Of a stretch of 47,023 bases of DNA, positions 24,062 to 36,513 are shown piece by piece; the stretch's first letter is position 1; each line of letters begins with the position of its first letter. Made by a program: the position numbers and the translations under genes. The stretch lies in assembly GCF_001194135.2 (NCBI RefSeq), contig NC_068988.1, positions 26,862,821-26,909,843 of the forward strand. The letters run 5' to 3'. Source of the DNA: Octopus bimaculoides. Taxonomy: Eukaryota. The notes under the pieces were generated by a model. The model worked only from the letters and a program-made list of their open reading frames with translations, was not told the origin of the DNA and did no database searches.

Positions 24062-24300
24062 TTATGATATAATGGACTTCAATAAAAGAACCAAATTTAT
24101 AAAAGAAGTTGGTGTTTTGGACCCCTGCTCCCGGTAAAGAAGAGAAGTATAACTTGTGAACCAGAATCCCTTCTTGCCTTGTGTTGATTTTTTGCAATCC
24201 AATGTAACCAGAGCTAAATTGGCTGTCACCAATGTGACTTTTGGATCCACGTATCTCCTGTACTGGAGTTTGCCTGCTTGTTGCTTGTAGATTTGTAAAG
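24062..24300 (-). CDS. Candidate terminal exon or decayed transposon ORF (LQIYKQQAGKLQYRRYVDPKVTLVTANLALVTLDCKKSTQGKKGFWFTSY...)
   Basis: 85-codon ORF in a locally GC-richer island with acceptor ttacatttctgttag at 24315-24301. It resembles a CUB C-terminal half but also an L1/Tx1 endonuclease C-terminus. Confidence 0.3.
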
Positions 24301-25454
24301 CTAACAGAAATGTAAGCAATCAGAGAGAGGGAAAGAGAAAGAGAAAGAAAGAAAGAAAGAAAGAACGAAAGAACGTATCAGGGCAAGAGAGAAGGTCGTG
24401 TAATCAAACAGAAGCAATGTGTTGATAAAAAAAAATGCGTTTATCAATACGTAGTGGTTGGTTCGTTACTTTAGGAATATAAAATGCCTAAGCATTTATC
24501 CTCAAAAGAAATGACTAAAATTAAAACAGTACAGAATTGTGCGGGTTAAAGAGGAAATGAAAGTGAAAAAGTGGTGAAAGAATAAAAGATTTAAAAGAGT
24601 TGACAGAGAAAGGGAAGCTCTATCTACAGAGAGTGAGGCATAAGAAAGAGAAAGGAGAGGCGAGGAGAGAAATAAGAGGCCAAAGAGATATAAAAGTTTT
24701 CGGTTGTTTGAAATGAAAGTGAGAAAAAAATGGTTTAGAATAAATAGTATGAAAGTAATTTAGAAATATAAAGAAGAAACATGGTTTACGATACGGCTAT
24801 GAAAATAAACGGTTAGCAAGACATAAAATACGTGGTCAAATGTATTGATCTAAAATAAGCCGAGACAGTAAGTCAACCGATACATGCATTAGAGGAAGTT
24901 TATTATCATGCTTTATATTGTTGATACTTTCTACATCTACTGAAAACTTCAGTCTCGATTTTCTTTTCCAAAGTCGGCAAACAATTTTCTAAGATTTCAG
25001 ATAAACATATAGAAATATTAACTTAATAAATATGATGAAAAACATAAATGTGTATCGAAAGTGTGAGGATTATGGAGCGGCAGACCACATTTAAAAGACA
25101 TAGGGGTCTGTTTATATCTTACTACTTTGTGGAACAAAAGCAATCTATAAATTCACATTTGCTTTCAAAACGTGTTTAACTTTTACAGAATTAACTCGTA
25201 TTTCTATCGTCAATTCCAACAAACATTCAAAATGTTGTTCCAGTAACCTTAACTTAATCATCAAATAATTAACCGCTGAATTTATCAACATTTTATGAGA
25301 TTGGTGTTACAACACGGTCATATGTTTTGAGTTTAGTTGCCGAGTTAATTTTCATCCCGGCTTCAAAGACATTGCCTTATGTTTAACCTATTCTATCCTT
25401 CTTGTCTCTTACTTTCAATTTCAGTTTTTTTTCTCTGCTTATTAACTCACTATG

Positions 25455-25460
<6 letters not shown>

Positions 25461-25499
<39 letters not shown>

Positions 25500-25501
25500 A
25501 C

Positions 25502-25582
<81 letters not shown>
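25461..25582. repeat. (CT)n microsatellite
   Basis: Direct reading. Confidence 0.97.
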
Positions 25583-25585
<3 letters not shown>

Positions 25586-27976
25586 GAGTGGCATGGATTC
25601 GATATTTTTTGCCGACCATACTTATCTTTTCTTGTAGGTGTATTAAATTAAATATTTTCGTATCGCCTCTTCTGAATTTCACGGTAGATATTCTCAACTA
25701 TACTTCAGATTCCCATATATTTCAAAACCGAATCATACCGATGCATGCTACCAATATCCTATCAATTCTAGCAAGAACCCTCATTTCAACTTTTGTTCTT
25801 GTTTTTTTAACACATAATATAACTCAACTTCACCATTTGTTTGGTTTTGTTCCAAACAAATCTTATATCTTTTGAAGACGCAATATAACAGATTTAGGTA
25901 GGCAGAGTAAATATTATCTCTTTACAAACAAGTATATCTTGCAATGATACACAGCACATTCTAATAATCCATTTACTAATATGAAAGCTATGCTTTTTTT
26001 TATATTTGCGCAGCTTCGAATACAGAATCAGTTTTCTTGTTGATTTCTTTTTAATTATAACACCTCACTTTTTACGAACATTCCCAACTAATCTCCATCC
26101 AATAAACTAATTGCTTTATTATTTCATTGTTTCTATGCTTTCCCTTCAGTTTAAACATTGGAAAAGGGCTATTTATTAGATCCTTTCTTCTTCTTTTTTC
26201 TTTTTTCTATTGTTTACTCTATTTCATAGTTGCATGTTCGGCATAGTTTTACCGATAATTGTTCGTTTCGGGTTTTTTCTCTTTTTTACTCGCTTATCTT
26301 TTTCGTAATATATTTGTTAGTTTAAAGGAGTGACAGAGAATGATTTTAAAATGTTTTTTTCTCAGAATTTCTAATGCTATTGTTTCTGAAACAATCATTT
26401 TATTTATCTAATTTCACCATTATTTTATATTTGGTTTAAACTATTTCGTAGCATATTTACACACACTGTAAACACACACACACAGAATACACACATACAC
26501 ACAAACTAGCAGATATAAAGTAGTATGCACTGCTTACTCACATTTACGTATAGAGCACTTCTTACATATGTACAGACGTAAATGTAAACTTATAAACATA
26601 TAGAATCAAACACAGATAATATAAATACGCACACAAATGCAATACTATGCGCACGTATTCATGGTTTTATTGTTACTACTTTCACTTTGATTGAAATTCT
26701 CCATCAGGCAATTATTTTCAGTATATGGTTACAATATTTCCCTGTTGTAACTGACGCTTTCTTCCAATTATGTCTTTTTATGTGGTATCTTTCGTAAATA
26801 CATAAACGAAAACATTAACCTGCGTTTCTGTTGCTTATATAAATATATTGCTATAGATTTTGAAAATGTAATGTTAAAATTCTTGCTTTTGATAATAATG
26901 TTGGTTATGTTTGAACATAAAGCATAAACTACAGATTTACAGAACTAAATACGAAAGCTATATGCTTGCTGTTTACGTTAAATCTCCAAGGCTGTTGAAA
27001 ATATTTTACAATGTTTTTGCTAGTCTGCTAGGTTGCTTACCGCTTCTTTTAAGCCTGTATATCTATTGATTTTTGAGGAATATGAATGTGTGTGCAAGGT
27101 TTTAATCTTAAGAAAAAATATGAGATACTTATGGAAGGATAAATGAAATAAAATACTTTGCCTTTCTAAAATGTATTCACATCGTAAATTAAGCAAAATA
27201 AAGTTTCACCAACTTAAAATCATTTCACTATTTTGATATTAGGTGAAGGAGAATAAAGCACAAGAAGGAAGTTAGATGTTGTTAAGCCCACTTCGGCTCG
27301 AATCATACAGGTCTGTGATTAGTAGGCATTCCAACATCAACCATCTATCTTTTTTTGAGTAATTCATACCATACATCATGGTTCATATTATTTACTGCTA
27401 TTTTTAGAAAATAGGAAAGATAATGGGTGCTTTTTCCAGCGGTTTGACTGACAACATATTGTTCCTTAAAAAATGAAGACGCAGGAGCTCCCTGAATGTA
27501 GACAAAAGCCGACTAATGCCCTTCTTTTATTAATACATGTTTTGAATGCTGTTGTATGGTCTATGGCTTCTTTAGTGTGTTTGGGTGGTACAGTAAAACA
27601 TTTTTTTAAATTGTATTGTTACTCTCCGTCACAAAAGTAAACCAAATGGTAACACTAAATCACAATTGAACTCAATAATAGCTATTCCTTTGACAAGAAG
27701 CAAGTAGAGCTTAAATATTTTCCTTGCACAAAAAGCAGTCCTTTAATGAAACGCTTCATACAAGATTATTTCACTCTTCTCGTTTTGAGAATCGACGATT
27801 TTTTTTTCAATTTAAATTATAAAACGGGAAAATTAAAAGATGCGAAGAGCGGACTACTATCTCAAATACTTAATGAAATAAATGAAATCTGAAATTGAAA
27901 GCAAGTTGCTCAAAATTTTCTTCCAGAATATGTTTGTCTCCACCATCACAAATTAACATTAACATATTAATGTCAC

Positions 27977-28023
27977 ATTTAGGACAAAGACATATTTAGG
28001 ACAAAGACATATTTAGGACAAAG
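27977..28023. repeat. 17-bp tandem repeat (atttaggacaaagacat), about 2.8 copies
   Basis: Direct reading. Confidence 0.9.
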
Positions 28024-30106
28024 TGCAGCATGAATAGGAGTTTGAGGATTTACTAAAAATATGATAGCTGTGATTCAGACGATTTTAAAGTGATTTTTAC
28101 TTTAACTTACATATTCAGCATTCCGGAATCCATCATCATAACTCACAGATTAGGGTACTGATTATTCACCAAATAAGTATTAAGCCTGATGTTTATATTC
28201 GGATTGGAAATGGGTAGATGTGATGTTCATGGTGTTTCTAAAATCTAAATTAAACTGTAAGTCACAAAAACATAATCAAAATCGATTTTATGGCAAAGAA
28301 CACTAGAAAATTTTGCTTGATTCAAGAAACTCTCCAGCGGTCCGAATTGTGGTCTACATGAAATAAGAGTAGCCGAATATTAGCGAGATTAGGTTTGGAT
28401 ATTAGGATTAGGTTACCATAAATTAAATATATTGGACTAAATCCCAAGTAATCGTAGCTATAAGACTAAAAGAGAGAATCATCTAGATGACAATTTAATC
28501 CTCATATAAGAATAATATAATCTACTCACTGTAGACGACTATATAACACTTGTTGAAGTTGTATAGAGATAGTTAACTACATACAGGCAGAAAGCATGGT
28601 TCTAATTACAGTTTTCGACTTTTAAAGCTGAAAAACTACATCATCGATATTGTAAGCAAATTCGATCTACATAAGACTCATAAAACATTTTCACGAACAT
28701 TTTTATCTTTACTGATTCTTTCATCCATGCTGTTATATTTTTTAATCTGAAATGTTTGTATAAAACATTTATACTTTTTTTATTTTTCATTTAGGGATAT
28801 ACTTCTGATGTCTTTTTTATATTTATTTCCACTTTATATCTGCCGAGATAATCTGGAGATTTTTACATAAAAGTTTTGTATTTCAGCTTATAAATAAATT
28901 TTTGCTATCATTCTTATTTTTATATCAGTGAATTTTTCACAATTGCTATATTTACTTCATTTTTTTTTTCTATTTTCGTTGTATATAATCTTTAGCCAGT
29001 TTCCCGTTAAATATATTGCTGACATAGAAATAACAAATAAATAGGAAATAATGCAAAACAAGAGAAATAATCATTTTTTTAAAACTTTGCTTTGAAGTCA
29101 ACATTTTATGGCATATAAAATTAATATATTTTATGTTGTTTAAAATTAATCATAAGACTGATATGACAAGTTGAAATATCTACATATACAATTTAATGAT
29201 CGTACCTGAAAAATAAAAACAATGAAACTGTCTTATGTAAAGTAAAATAAATCAATATATTTAAAAATGTTTCAAAACTGTTTCTCCAAAACAATTTGAG
29301 GCTTTTAAGACACTTATAAAAAACTTGTTCTGAAGCTATGCTAGATTCTAACTACTTTGACAGTTTGAACGGATTAGAATGAAAGACCACGAACAAAAGA
29401 TACAGTAATATTGTATATAATGTTAGATTTAATAATTGCGCTGATTGATGATATTTTGCGTGTTGTTGTCATTAAAACATGTCAAATACTACATTCTACA
29501 TAGAATCTACCATTGTTTTGTCATGCAAATGTTTACATTAATGACAATAATAGTAGTCTGAGAAGTATAACGCACAATTACAAACAGAAATGGAAGCTCG
29601 ACAGCAAAGAGCAAGTCCTACAATTAAGTTAGAGATACTTCACTCTATTCAGTCTAATGAGTCTAATGAGTAGACTTAATAGAGAGTCGTTGATTACGTT
29701 TATACTTTCGTTTACAGATTAATTACGTTTGATGTCAGAGATAATATATTACACTTTCAGTATACACAAAATGTTTGGAAGGAAAACAACTCATCCTTAG
29801 ACGGGAGATGATAACTCGGTTATTTATAGCAAAGTGGACTTCCAGAAAAGGGCCTCGAGAACAAGAAGGTGGTGTTAAACCAGATGTTGGATAAACTCTA
29901 CAGTATCATGTTAATTTGGTCTTCTAACTCTTAACTTACTTCGTTTTACATCCGACATATTAACATATTTGAAACCTATCTCGTACCTGTTAAATATAAA
30001 TACACATTATGTGCAGATTTTGTAAACAAACAATAACCAACGTTGTACAAGATACTTGTATCAACATACACCCACAAAGTTGGTATAAGACCGAATTAGC
30101 TAGAAA

Positions 30107-30870
30107 CTAGCAAACCTACCCATCTACGATGGGAAATGAAAGGAGGGTGGAAAATAATAACTATTTTAAGTATGAACACTGAAATATGGTATGAGAAATG
30201 TAACAAAATATAAATAACGATTGGTTTTGATAATGCTTATGTACAGCTTTACAAAGTACTTATTCATGATATTATTACGTTTACAAAACTTTGTAAACGA
30301 TATTTTATGTTTGATCAACACTAATTTTCGAATTAGCTGTGTCCGTTGCTCTGTTCATAGCGATATACAACTAGCCGTGTGTAAACATCGGAGTGGGCAG
30401 AGACACACCAACACGATCTAAAGTCTGGCCTTGAGACTTGTTAGCTGTGAATGAGAAGGCTAGTGTGATTGGAAACTGCCTGCGTCGTAATTGGAAGGGA
30501 AACTGGTTGTCGGAGGGTACCAGTGGTATCCGAAGTATGAAGAGGCACTTACCACTGTGAGGGCCAATCGCTATCACTGCCTCGATGACGTGAGAATTGA
30601 GTTGCGTGACGTTGTATCTTGTTTCGTTGCAATGTCCATTGGCAGGGTCTAAATATCGTAGGAGTATTATAGGGCAGTACTTTTTCAGTGACATCCAATG
30701 CATAGGTAGTCCCGATGGATTCAAGTTGTTAAGGAAATCCAGTAGATGCTTGTGGTAATTTCCATCGAATATATTGTCCGAACTTAGATATTGTCGACTT
30801 CCTCCTGGGAAGTTGTTAATCATGTAGTCATTAACATCATTGTTTTTATTTATTTTTTGTCCTGAGTGCT
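30107..30870 (-). mobile_element. Helitron 3' fragment with an intact-looking terminus
   Basis: Helicase remnant followed on the minus strand by the hairpin CCCATC-GTA-GATGGG (30133-30119), 8 nt, then CTAG (30110-30107) and a flanking T. Confidence 0.9.
30281..30860 (-). pseudogene. Helitron RepHel PIF1-like helicase C-terminus
   Basis: LNPSGLP..LK..CPIILLR.LDP.NG.CN.TR, RRRQFPITLAFSFTANKSQGQTLDRVG and FTHG*LYIAMNR ... T*NIVYKVL*; internal stops at 30373-30371 and 30307-30305. Confidence 0.93.
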
Positions 30871-30894
30871 GTACCAAATTAACATCGTTATAGA

Positions 30895-31185
30895 GGAAGA
30901 GTGTTGCTGGGGGTTAAAAGAAACGCACACACACACAGTCTTTTCTCTCTCTTTCTGTCTGTCTGCTTCTCTCACTCCCTCTTTCTCTGTATATCTCCCT
31001 CTCTTTCTATCTCTCCCTCCCTCTCTCTGTCACACACTTTGTTACGCACTCCCCATCAATGGGTTAAGAGAAAACGCGCGTGCGCGCCCACACACACACT
31101 TACGCACGCACACACACTGTCTTTTTCTCTCTGTTTCTGTCTGTTTTTCTCTCTCTTTCTCTGTATGTTTGTCTCTCTCTATCTC

Positions 31186-31259
<74 letters not shown>

Positions 31260-31415
31260 GCACACATACAGACACTTTCTGTTTTGCACACCCCATCAAT
31301 GTGTTGATGGGGTAAAAGAAAACACACACACACATACACATACACGTACGCACAAACACATAGTGTGTCTTTCTATATGTTTCTGTGTGTCTGTGTTTTT
31401 CTCTGTCTCTGTCTT
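30895..31415. repeat. Three-unit tandem repeat with embedded (CA)n/(CT)n microsatellites and a ccccatcaa hairpin
   Basis: The anchor gg(g)gt(t)aa(a/g)agaaa followed by CA-rich then CT-rich sequence recurs at about 30910, 31062 and 31309; gcac(t/a)ccccatcaat at about 31046 and 31286. Confidence 0.75.
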
Positions 31416-31416
31416 T

Positions 31417-31647
31417 CCACAGACACGTGTACCCTTAACGTAGTTCACAGGGAGATTCAGCCTAACATAGAGTCTGACAACGCTGACCCTTTGAAATACA
31501 GGTACTACTCATTTTTGCCAGCTGATAGGACTGGAGCAACGTGAAATAAAGTGACTTGCTCAAGGATACAACGCGTCGCTGGGAATTGAAATCACGACCT
31601 TACGATCGTGAGCCGAATGCCCTAACCACTGAGCCACGCGTCTTCGC
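31417..31647 (-). mobile_element. tRNA-derived SINE, family A body with an alternative head
   Basis: Minus strand begins gaagacgcgtggctcagtggttagggcattcggctcacgatcgtaaggtcgtgatttcaattccc (A and B boxes); body shared with 4871-5050. Confidence 0.8.
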
Positions 31648-31659
31648 TATATTTCTATA

Positions 31660-31782
31660 TAAACGGACATCCAGACAGTTTCCCATCTACCAAATTCGCT
31701 CACAAGGCAATGGTCGGCCCATGGCGATAGTAGAAGACATTTGTTCAAGGTGCCGCACAGCGGGTCTGAACTCAAAACATGC
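31660..31782 (-). mobile_element. SINE family D fragment
   Basis: atagtagaagacatttgttcaaggtgccgcacagcgggtctgaac is the reverse-complement relative of 14150-14204. Confidence 0.7.
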
Positions 31783-31847
31783 CCATCTCAGGAACTTTAC
31801 TACCTGTAAGAAAAGAGACCATAAATATGATTGGTTGCTGGAATTTG

Positions 31848-31990
31848 GGGAAGGGGAATAAGTCGATTACATTCAATCAATTCAACTGAATGTCGACGTC
31901 GGCGGAATTTGAACTCGCAACCTAAAGACAGACGAAAAGTCACGAAGCACTTCCCCCGGCGTGTTAACGGTTCTACCGGCTCGCCGCCTT
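31848..31990 (-). mobile_element. SINE family B, internally deleted
   Basis: gtcgacgtcggcggaatttgaactc...ccggcgtgttaacggttctaccggctcgccgcc. Confidence 0.8.
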
Positions 31991-33439
31991 AACGCAGTAA
32001 TTAATATCAAAACACAAAAGGAGTAATCAGTTTGAAATACTTAAACATCCGTTGTTTGTCATATAAGGCATAATTCTGATTAATACTTATCACCTAATAC
32101 TTCTACAATTAAAATTACCAATTAGTTTAGTTATTAATGGATTTCTATGGTCGAAATTAATTTTTCTCTTGTAGGTTTAGCGTTATTTTCTTTCAAATTC
32201 AGTTAGATCGTTCAGGTTTACCTGATATCATCATTGAAAAATGGCCTTAACCAGAGGGGGTTATATTTGATATTTTTGTTTAAATCGGACAGAAAATATC
32301 TTAGGATTATCGCTGTAAGTAATACAAATACATTGATGCATCATCTATAAATTTAATCTATTAGCAATGTTATACTGTTAGAGAAATTCAACTTTTCAAT
32401 CGATTCTAATCGATATGTTTCACTTCTTTATTTTATTAGTGAGGCTTCGAGACTAATGATTACATTCCACTTGTAGATACTCAACAGCGATGCAATTTCC
32501 TAATCAATTCGCCAAAGAAATGTCTGAGATATCTGTTTGTTTTCCTGTCTATTCGTAACTTGCTCTTACCTCATAATTTTTCGTTTTTTTCTTTATTTTA
32601 CTTGTTTTTCATTTTACGTTGATTGCAATGCAAATGTATTTCTTTTTCTTTTATTTTCATTGTGACTTCATAAATGTGAACATTTTACTGGAACACAATA
32701 CATTTTATTTCTGTCACTTAATGAAATTGTCTATTAGTGACTAGGAAAGAATGACTAATTTTATTTTGAATGCAACGGAAAATGCCTAAACGCCATTGAA
32801 AGCAATTAAAGTTAATTATCTAAACTTTTCTAATATTCCCATTTTTATTGCAGTATTTATTCTTCAATTTGTTCGACTTTTATACATTTTTTTCATTGCA
32901 GTTTCTAAATTTGTATCTTCCTTACATTTTACACATATTTGAGATATTTCAAACTACAGTTAAGCTCATCCTATCGCATTCTCTGACAAACAACAAACAG
33001 GGTTGTTATTTAAAGACGTTTTTTTCCTCTCTCGTTAGACAGATGAGAGACAAACCTCATTTTAGAATATAGCCCTAGACCACTGATTGGATGGAAATGC
33101 TGCAAAATTGACAGATGCAACTATTTCTAGGAGTTGAACTGAAGTAAGGAAGCAAAACAGTGTTTGCAATAGATAATCAGCTCTGGGCACATCTGCCAAG
33201 CACCATTTTAAGAACAGCCAAAATCGCCAAATCAATTCGGCAACAGCGTTTCACTTTTTATAGGAATTGCAGCTAAAATTTCCTTGAAGTCATTTAAGTA
33301 ATTCAATTAAATTTTCATTTGAATTTCATTGGTTTCTTCTCTTATATTATCAATTATTTAAGCATTTTGTCTATTGTTGCGCTGAAATCTAGATACTTAT
33401 TACATTCCACAAGGAGTTGTAATATTACGTTATAAATAC

Positions 33440-33512
33440 ATATATATATATATATGCATATATATGTGTGTGTATACATACATAGATACATATACATACA
33501 TATGTATGTATG

Positions 33513-33593
<81 letters not shown>

Positions 33594-33635
33594 ATATACG
33601 CACACATATATGCATATACAGAGAGAGAGAGAGAG
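33440..33635. repeat. (TA)n/(TG)n/(GA)n compound microsatellite
   Basis: Direct reading. Confidence 0.95.
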
Positions 33636-34119
33636 CCATCTACAAATCAGACTTAGCATATAAACATCGCTGACGAACATTATGCTATAGCTTTTGTTTG
33701 AGAGAAGATTCCTACATTGGCATTCTGGATTTAAAAAAAACACAATATTTATCGTAGCGTGATGAGCATCGTCCCAACAGTAACTTACAAGAAAGTCGTC
33801 AGAAGCGTCTAATCTTCTTTGAGCTTTATCAATGACATGTACTTATTAATCACGTGTCTAGAAGAAATCTGTCTTCTGCGATACGTACGATATTGCGGAA
33901 AGGTATTAGGTGTGAATAAAAGCCAAACGCGTTTGATGTTCTTGTGGGTTATTGCTAAGGCGAGGTTTGATCCTTTCTCCGTTATATATACTGTGTTCTG
34001 TAAATGGTATATCTATGCGGAAATTTTCTCAGACGAAAACCACGCCATCATGCCTTCCAAGACTGTATATACATTAATATGATACATAGGTGACTATTTT
34101 AACTTAATGCTCTTACATT

Positions 34120-34192
34120 GATATATATATATATATAGATATATATATATATATAGATATATATATATATATAGATATATATATATATATAG

Positions 34193-34269
<77 letters not shown>

Positions 34270-34275
34270 AGTGTG
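34120..34275. repeat. (TA)n with an 18-bp higher-order period, then (TATG)n/(TA)n/(TG)n
   Basis: G interruptions at 34120, 34138, 34156, 34174 and 34192. Confidence 0.95.
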
Positions 34276-35594
34276 TCTGTATGAGTTACAGGTTAATAAA
34301 CCATTTAAGGGATATTAAGTATCCAATATACTACTGGATTTTATATCCTCTCCATTTTCATATTTGCTTTATATATATATATATATATAATGTGTGTGTG
34401 TGTGTGTGTGATGCGTGGGACGGTATTGCATTACTCTGTTCTTTGATAATAAAAATAGAATATTGATTAAAATATCTATTCTGCTGTTACTTGAATAATT
34501 AATTACTTTACAAGGTGATTAGTCGGTAATTGATGCACTATTTTAATAAATAATGATCTCTTAGTCAGCTACTTTTATCAGGTATTGTTTTATCTAGAGA
34601 CAGCAAAATAATGACAAATATTTGCGACCATTCTGAAAATTCCAATATATGTTTTTATTTTTTTATTTTCGAAACAAAGAAGTATTTTCAGGATGGATGT
34701 TACTCTAGGGATTTTTCAAGTATAAGATTGATATGTGACGTGTAATATCACCTCTCATGCAAGATTAGATACACAGCAAAATTAAAAAGAATCTATGGTT
34801 CTACAGAATTCTTCCCTATCATAGTCAAATCCCTGTGTGGGAATTGTCCATTGATTGTGTGTCATTCAAATCAACTTTTATCTTTAGTGTATTTTATATA
34901 TTTTATTAAATTTGTGATGCATATATTTTAATTCATTTTAATACGTTTGAAGAATTATTACATTTTGAACATATTTATGCATTTAATACTCTTTTAATAT
35001 TCTTTATGTATATTCAAAACGAGTCCAATATTAACGGAGGGATGACAATGGAGCAGGCTAGAGATAATGCCAGAAATCGTTAGCTGAAATTCGGCATCAT
35101 GTCGTGACGGTTATTTTGGTAAAAAGGATTACGGATGTTCATGTACCTTTTGGCTCGTGGTTGATAAAACTGGGCTTTTCAGGCGTAACAGTGCTTCTCT
35201 CGAAGTAGGCACGATAAAAGTATCCCCGGCATTGTATACCTGTATTCAACCATGTCACGTTGCAGCATCATCGGGACTTAGAATGTGGAAACTCTTCAGG
35301 ATGGCGGTTCTTACTTTATCACAGTGACGGCTGTTTTCTCAGATTTTAAACAACTATAACATTTATATTGCTGTCTCTTAGTGAAACTCGTCTTTTTGGC
35401 ATAGCTCACTTAGAAGAAGTAGGAGTTTTTTTTTATTGAATAGGCAGATAATAAAATGAAACTAGGTCATCCGATGTTGGTATGTAATAAACGCTACCAT
35501 TACAAAATCATCACTTCCCCAAGATCGCATAATGGCTCTAGAAGTAAAAACGAAGGAAAAGAACTCCATCTTTAATAAGCTGCTATATTCTAAC

Positions 35595-35732
35595 CTTTGT
35601 AGTGAATTCGATAAAGACGCCATTGTCTTTTTGATACCAAATATTTTCCCTTTTCAAAAGGATCTCAGAAGAGCAAGTTCCTTCAGAGCCGTGACTTTTG
35701 TACCAGAGTAGGCTCCAATCCTGATACTTGAT
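35595..35732 (-). CDS. Candidate internal exon (IKYQDWSLLWYKSHGSEGTCSSEILLKRENIWYQKDNGVFIEFTTK)
   Basis: 138 nt, phase 0-0, stop-free, catcag acceptor and aag|gttaga donor. A competing plus-strand exon with stronger splice sites contains a stop. Confidence 0.27.
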
Positions 35733-36431
35733 CTGATGTATTGGTAAGTAGAGAGTAGTCAAAATGAATTATCATGACCTACGTCTGCTGCTCTTTTATA
35801 ATAAATTTAACATCTCAAGCACAAACACACAGTTCTCGCAACTTAACAATCAGAAAACAACTTGCAATGACTGATATTTAATTGATTACTAGATAAAGTG
35901 TGTTCACTCTTTTGTTCTCTACTAGTTATTGGTTGTCGGATGATCGTTTGTTGCCCAGCAAAGTCTCTTTCATAGTTACAGGAAAACAACGGAATTAGAA
36001 ATATCAAAGCTCCTAGATGTATAAATGTCAATCACTGAATGTTAAGGATAAAAAAAAAACCTAAGCCCTCAGATAAATGAGATGTAAATGTAGCAGGAAA
36101 TGTCGAAGAATCGTAGATGTGCTTCAAAGAAGCAGCATACTCTGTCTCCTGGGAAATATTTGGATTACTCTGTCGTAAGCGTCAGAATTCGTTTCCTGAG
36201 GACAACCTTGATGTTATGTCTCTCGAAGGTTAAACATACAATGAACACAAGTATTGAACATCAGGTAGTAAAATGTGAGGCGTAAAAAAACACTGCTCTT
36301 ACTAAAGAGATCTGTGCCATTGACTTTAAGAGAAATAGTGAGAGCGCAGAAAGCAACTACAATTCAATAAGTAGTAGAGAAGGATAGTGAAGCATTGTAG
36401 GAAAGTTTCAAAAGATTTGATGGATCAGATA

Positions 36432-36513
36432 TCAAGGTGCCACACACTGGAACTGAAACCCGAGACCATGTGGTAGGGAAGCATGCTACTTACCACACAG
36501 CCACTCCTGCGCC
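36432..36513 (-). mobile_element. SINE family D head
   Basis: caaggtgccacacactggaactgaaacccgagaccatgtgg...tacttaccacacagccactcctgcgcc; reverse-complement relative of 14105-14180. Confidence 0.75.

Noticed and set aside
27977-28023. Short direct repeats considered as a CRISPR-like array
   Set aside because: Contiguous 17-bp tandem units without spacers, in eukaryotic DNA
28087-28245. Minus-strand segment with a ttttag acceptor and gtaagt donor
   Set aside because: Stops in all three frames; could only be a UTR exon and has no other support
29740-29910. 57-codon minus frame VYPTSGLTPPSCSRGPFLEVHF...
   Set aside because: Poor polypyrimidine tract, weak donor, no motif, and a phase incompatible with neighbouring candidates
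31575-31647. tRNA-like sequence with A and B boxes (also at 14105 and 43042)
   Set aside because: It continues into SINE bodies and no full cloverleaf was found; called as SINE heads, not tRNA genes
35040-35330. Plus frames GMTMEQARDNARNR (RTE-end-like) and SCRDGYFGKKDYGCSC (EGF-like)
   Set aside because: Short, mutually incompatible resemblances with no usable acceptor site
36100-36285. 61-aa ORF and an alternative frame IFGLLCRKRQNSF resembling a juxtamembrane segment
   Set aside because: Weak acceptor and no domain signature; length expected by chance
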